Origin: the human T2T-CHM13v2.0 reference genome, Homo sapiens
Assembly: GCF_009914755.1 (NCBI RefSeq)
Contig: NC_060926.1
Reading direction: 5' to 3' (one strand)
Length of the DNA: 64,000 nucleotides
This document shows, piece by piece, positions 58,824-64,000 of the stretch; the stretch's first letter is position 1, and every line of letters starts with the position of its first letter. A program made the translations under genes and the position numbers. The notes below the pieces were generated by a model. It was not told the origin of the DNA. It searched no databases and saw only the letters and a list, made by a program, of their open reading frames with translations.

Positions 58824-60638
58824 ATGTGAATTGACCTGATATAAAACCTTGAACAATCTAGGTCTTAGTTGTTTTTCCCCACTTTCCTGTCTTTTAGTAT
58901 AACAGGCCTAAAATAATAGGTCTGTTTATTTTGGAATTAACAAAGGGCAAAGGGACCCTTTTAGAATCTTGGGTGCATAGGTCTGGAATTTAAATTTTAC
59001 TGTGTTGAGGACAAAACAGACCATGAGTCATAGTTTCCTAGGGCTTAAGTTACTTCCTGAAATGAAGTGGCATAGCCCACTGGAACACTCATTTGTTAAA
59101 TGGCACCCAAATGACTTTAAAGGGCTTGCTGAAATGGTTAATTCAACTTCCCAAAATGTTTTAACTTAGTTCTAGGAAACAGCGAAAGCACAGTGAGAAT
59201 CTGACTCAGGAGGAATGAATTTTTTGAGTTACTAGGGAGAAAGTCACTATGTAAAATCAAGAGCTTAATTTGATCATCATTTGGCTTATGTGACAAGCAT
59301 AGTTGTAGCTTTTCTCTGCATTTAAGCTTTTTTTTTTTTATTATTGAGAAACTACTTAACATGGTGCATAATAGATGGCCTTCTAAGTGATGGATGAGAG
59401 GGAAGGCTATAACTTGATTATAGAAATGTATTCATTTGTGTTGATGTTCTGGGAACTTGTGCCAGCTCTCTACAGAGGTCACCTCGGTGTTGTTCCAACC
59501 CTTCTCTATTTGGATTTCCCTAAAATGATTAGCACTTTCTATATCAAAGATGTTTTCTTATCTGATAATTTCAAGACATGAAAACAAGAGGCTCTGGTCC
59601 ACATAAGATTACCAGCTCAATGTCACATCAAACTGCCAGACTGAAGAGAAAATCACTGATCAACAAGCACATAGCTCAAACAGCAGCCAGGACAAATTGA
59701 GACCTTGATACAATGCAGGAAAGCAATCAAATACAAGGTTGGAATGTTGGTGTGAGTGAGTGTGCATGTCACATGTAAGAACATCTCTTACCTTTTCAAG
59801 TGGTGCTTCTCCTTGGACACAGTGGGTATTAGCAACTAATGAATATGGCTTGGGCATTTTTGATGGAAATGGTGAGACATAATCAACTTAACCATTCAGA
59901 TGCCAGGGCACATGTTTCAGGTCAAGAGTTCTTGTCTTCTAGACAAATGTAGACATCCTCACCTCATATACCATCAAGAAAGTAGAGGCCATGGTTGAAG
60001 TTGATGGGTCCTCAGTTTCCTATTCCCAAGGCCCTGAAGTGTCTGTGCCTGCACTCATCTTTTCCCTGCATGTCACAATGAATTAGCATTCTTCTTTCTA
60101 TCAAAGGTCTGTCCCTCCACTAGGGGTCTTGGATCCCACCCTTCTTGGCTACTCAAACACTTTACCCTTTTGCCTTTCTGTTTCCCAGAGCCCTCTGCCC
60201 TTTTCTTAGCTGTAAATCTTTCTTTGAATGATTATACACTCTAGTGTTGGTTCCATGGTCAAGGTGCACAGCACTATAGTCTACATGTCTATAATTACAA
60301 CATCCCCTGTAAACAGTCCCTTCTGGGTAGGTGCCATGACACCAAACTTACATTTTCCAAAGTTGGATCCATATATTTATGGCTCTGCAGTCACAGAAGG
60401 GGATTTAAAGGTGCCCAGAGGACCATAGAGGTCTGTCAGAAATCTATGCTATAATTTTAAGGTTGACTGTGATTTAATGTTGTCAGTGTGTGATAATGCA
60501 AGCAATGATCTCAGACTTCTCAATCTTAATGAGAATGACTAGATTTGGGAGGCTCAGCAAATTAAATCATGTACTGCACTGGCAGCTCCTTGGGTCTCCT
60601 CTCTGGCTAGTTTGGCTCAGAGCTGATTCCTGGCTTCA

Positions 60639-60803
<165 letters not shown>

Positions 60804-61708
60804 CTAGGGACAGAACCATGGAATAAGGAATGAGGAAGGGAGGAGAGAGGAGCATTTTTCATATTGAAACTCTGATAGTACCAGGTAGTGAGAAATAACT
60901 TTCCAAAGAGGGATCTCAAATGAGTTTTACATTCTCAAGCAATATCAAGAAACCTGCAGAGATGACTCTGAAAATGATTGGTCCTATCAGCCCAACCATT
61001 TTTCCTTTCCTGCAATACTTTCCAATATTCCAAATTTTAAAATGTGCTCTAAAGTATTAAGAGGGATAGACAAAGGCAGGGGAGGACAGTCTCTTCTCTA
61101 ATCTTAAAATCTGTGTTTATTTTAAATGATAACCAATAGCTTCTTAACTTGGAATACAGGAAATGTGTGCAAGGTCTTTTTAAAAAGAAAAAAAAAAAGG
61201 TGGGAAGAGGATAAAATAGTATTTTTTAAATAGTCCAGATCTGAAAACGTGTGGGATTCTATACAACAGAATATCTGGTCCTGCCGGGGAAAAGAAGGGT
61301 TAGTCAGCGTCAAAGCTGATGGGCAGGGCTCTTCACAGATCACCTTCTCTCTAGCTAACGAAGCTGGTTTTGAAACTCTTTTTACACAAATGCCTCTCAG
61401 CAAAGTGCTCTCAGGCTGGCACAGCACTGTGGGGACACGTAAACCACCAGCCTAAGCAAACGGTGCTGCCACCCAAATTCGGGTGACCACACTGGTCACA
61501 AAACAGATTCTGAAAGAAAATTTCGTAACAAAAATTAGCCACAGTGAGACACAAGATTCCTGATATTCTGAGCTGCTTTGTTACCAGCTTATGTATTTGT
61601 GCTGGGAATCTGACTGGGGAACAGCAGTTAAGGCTGAAACCTCACTGATGTCCCTTCACATGTACTGCAAGAAAAGCCCCTTCCACCAACAGAGTACAGA
61701 CATCATAG

Positions 61709-62058
<350 letters not shown>

Positions 62059-62062
62059 CCTC

Positions 62063-62234
62063 TTTTTTTTTTTTTTTTTTTTTTTTTTGGTAGGGTTTTG
62101 CTCTGTTGCCCAGGCTGGAGTGCACTGGTGTGATCTCAGTTCACTGCAGCCTTTATTTCCTGGGCCTAGGTGATCCTCCTACCTTAGCTTCCCAAGTAGC
62201 TGGAATTACAGATGTGAGCCACCATGCACAGCCT
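62063..62234 (-). mobile_element. Alu right-arm monomer/partial Alu
   Basis: Single arm with T tail, abutting the previous Alu. Confidence 0.8.
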
Positions 62235-63043
62235 CTCACCTCTAAATATTTTACAATAAAAATAGAAAAGGGAAGGAATTCACTTTATTTGGGCTTCTGT
62301 TTTTTCTTCTTCTAAAAATCAGAAGACTGAACCAATATACCTTAGGAGTCTGTCACGTAGGGCAAAGAGGACAGGCCGGCCATGACCTTGTCTTGTATTT
62401 TGCTATTGTGCATAAAATTTCATTGGACAAAAAGGGTCGTGCTTCAAAAAATCAAAAAGCAAACAAACAAACAAAACAAAGTTGGAAGCACATGGAATGG
62501 GAGATCCCTAGTGACTCTTCTGGTTCTAACTTTCAACCATGCAGTTGGCTCCTTGCTGCTTCCTGTGGATGCAGCGATTTCTATGGAGGCCTCTTCTTGT
62601 GGAATATCTGAAGGTCTATTTTGGCAATGGCCTTTATTGCTTGTCTTTGCTGCACTTCTCAGAGTTGTTCAAAGTCCTGAACTTCACACTGAACTTGAGG
62701 TGGGATACTGAAAGCGAGAGAGAAGAGTAGAGAAACAAACAGGGCGATCCACAGAACAACAGCACACGTGTGGCCTGTAATAAAGGCTGAAGTAATGGAT
62801 GAGGAGGGGCCAGGAATAGGCAGGGCCAGCTGGTGCCTGGGGGGCTGTCTGCCAACACTGGGCATGGGAGGCTTGATATTGCTAAGTTGGAAGACGACCA
62901 ATAATTCACCACCAAACCAAATACAAAAAGGTGAAGGTTCTGAGGAAATGCCTCTTTGGAGATGTTACTAACCTCACTTAGAGGTGAAAGGATCAGAGAG
63001 CTTCCCAATCTGGAGCCTTGTTAGAATAATCACAAAATGATTA

Positions 63044-63292
<249 letters not shown>

Positions 63293-63899
63293 TTAAATTG
63301 TCACATCCATAACAGTATCCTGGGGCGAGTTCTTTTTCATTTGCCTAAAATTTGATGCACACACTCCATGCCTTATTGCAGATATAAATTTAGATGGCAG
63401 AATATAGTTAAGCATCTGAGTTATTCGGAAAGTAGCAATGTTGTGAAGAAAAATATTTTGACTAGATTAAGTGCTAGGAAGTAAACTGCAATGAAAATTA
63501 TGTGATACTCAGCACCAATTCTTCTTGTTTTGTGCTATATTAAGCCCATATCACTTGTGAAACGTTAGTTTTCATCCATCTTCTCTTTTGCATATACATC
63601 TAAAGGAAAAAGAGACTCAGCTTATTACAAAAGATAAATCCTACCTGTATTTGGGCTATGGGTCATCTATTTGTCTAAGATTTCAATATAGTAAAGCATC
63701 ATCTTACATTAGTAAAATGATTTTCCAGTTTCAATGTCAACACTATTGAACTCTTTCACTACTAAAACTTCAATCATTGTCCTGCAGCAGCCCAGACGTG
63801 GTCAACAAGAACACTGAGCAGAAAAACAACCTTGAGGATGAAAACAGGGATGTTCTCAGTTGAAGCCCACACTAGAAGAGCTATTTAAACAGCACTGAA

Positions 63900-64000
63900 G
63901 GCTGGGCACGGTGGCTCACGCCTGTAATCCCAGCACTTTGGGAGGCCAAGGTGGGTGGATCACCAGGTCAGGAGTTTGAGACCAGCCTGGCCGACATGGT
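63900..64000 (+). mobile_element. Alu 5' part (truncated by window edge)
   Basis: ggctgggcacggtggctcacgcctgtaatcccagcactttggg. Confidence 0.95.

Overview
This is primate (almost certainly human, chr2q23.3) genomic DNA, not a microbial locus. Two genes lie head-to-tail on the minus strand. CACNB4 (voltage-gated Ca2+ channel beta-4 subunit) contributes coding exons 3-14 (63250 down to 18553, all with GT-AG boundaries and matching phases, 1416 nt) and a ~6.3 kb 3'UTR ending near 12205. ARL5A contributes its CpG-island promoter, first exon (MGILFTRIWRLFNHQ) and part of intron 1. The rest is intronic or intergenic, with about 25 Alus, a 5'-truncated sense-oriented SVA with a 15-bp TSD, DNA transposon and LTR relics, and a 70/140-bp AT-rich VNTR. 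I found no evidence of a new multi-gene system. The most interesting signals are RNA-processing and genome-dynamics features: (1) inverted Alus tightly flanking in-frame exon 13; (2) a near-identical, apparently gene-converted inverted AluSp pair 30 bp apart just downstream of the CACNB4 poly(A) site; (3) the weak, donor-like acceptor of exon 9 with an upstream RBFOX site; (4) candidate cassette exons, including a 12-nt microexon and a 42-nt HOOK exon; (5) an in-frame uORF in ARL5A; (6) two templated-insertion scars inside Alus. Exon numbering and repeat subfamily names come from recalled references and were not computed.
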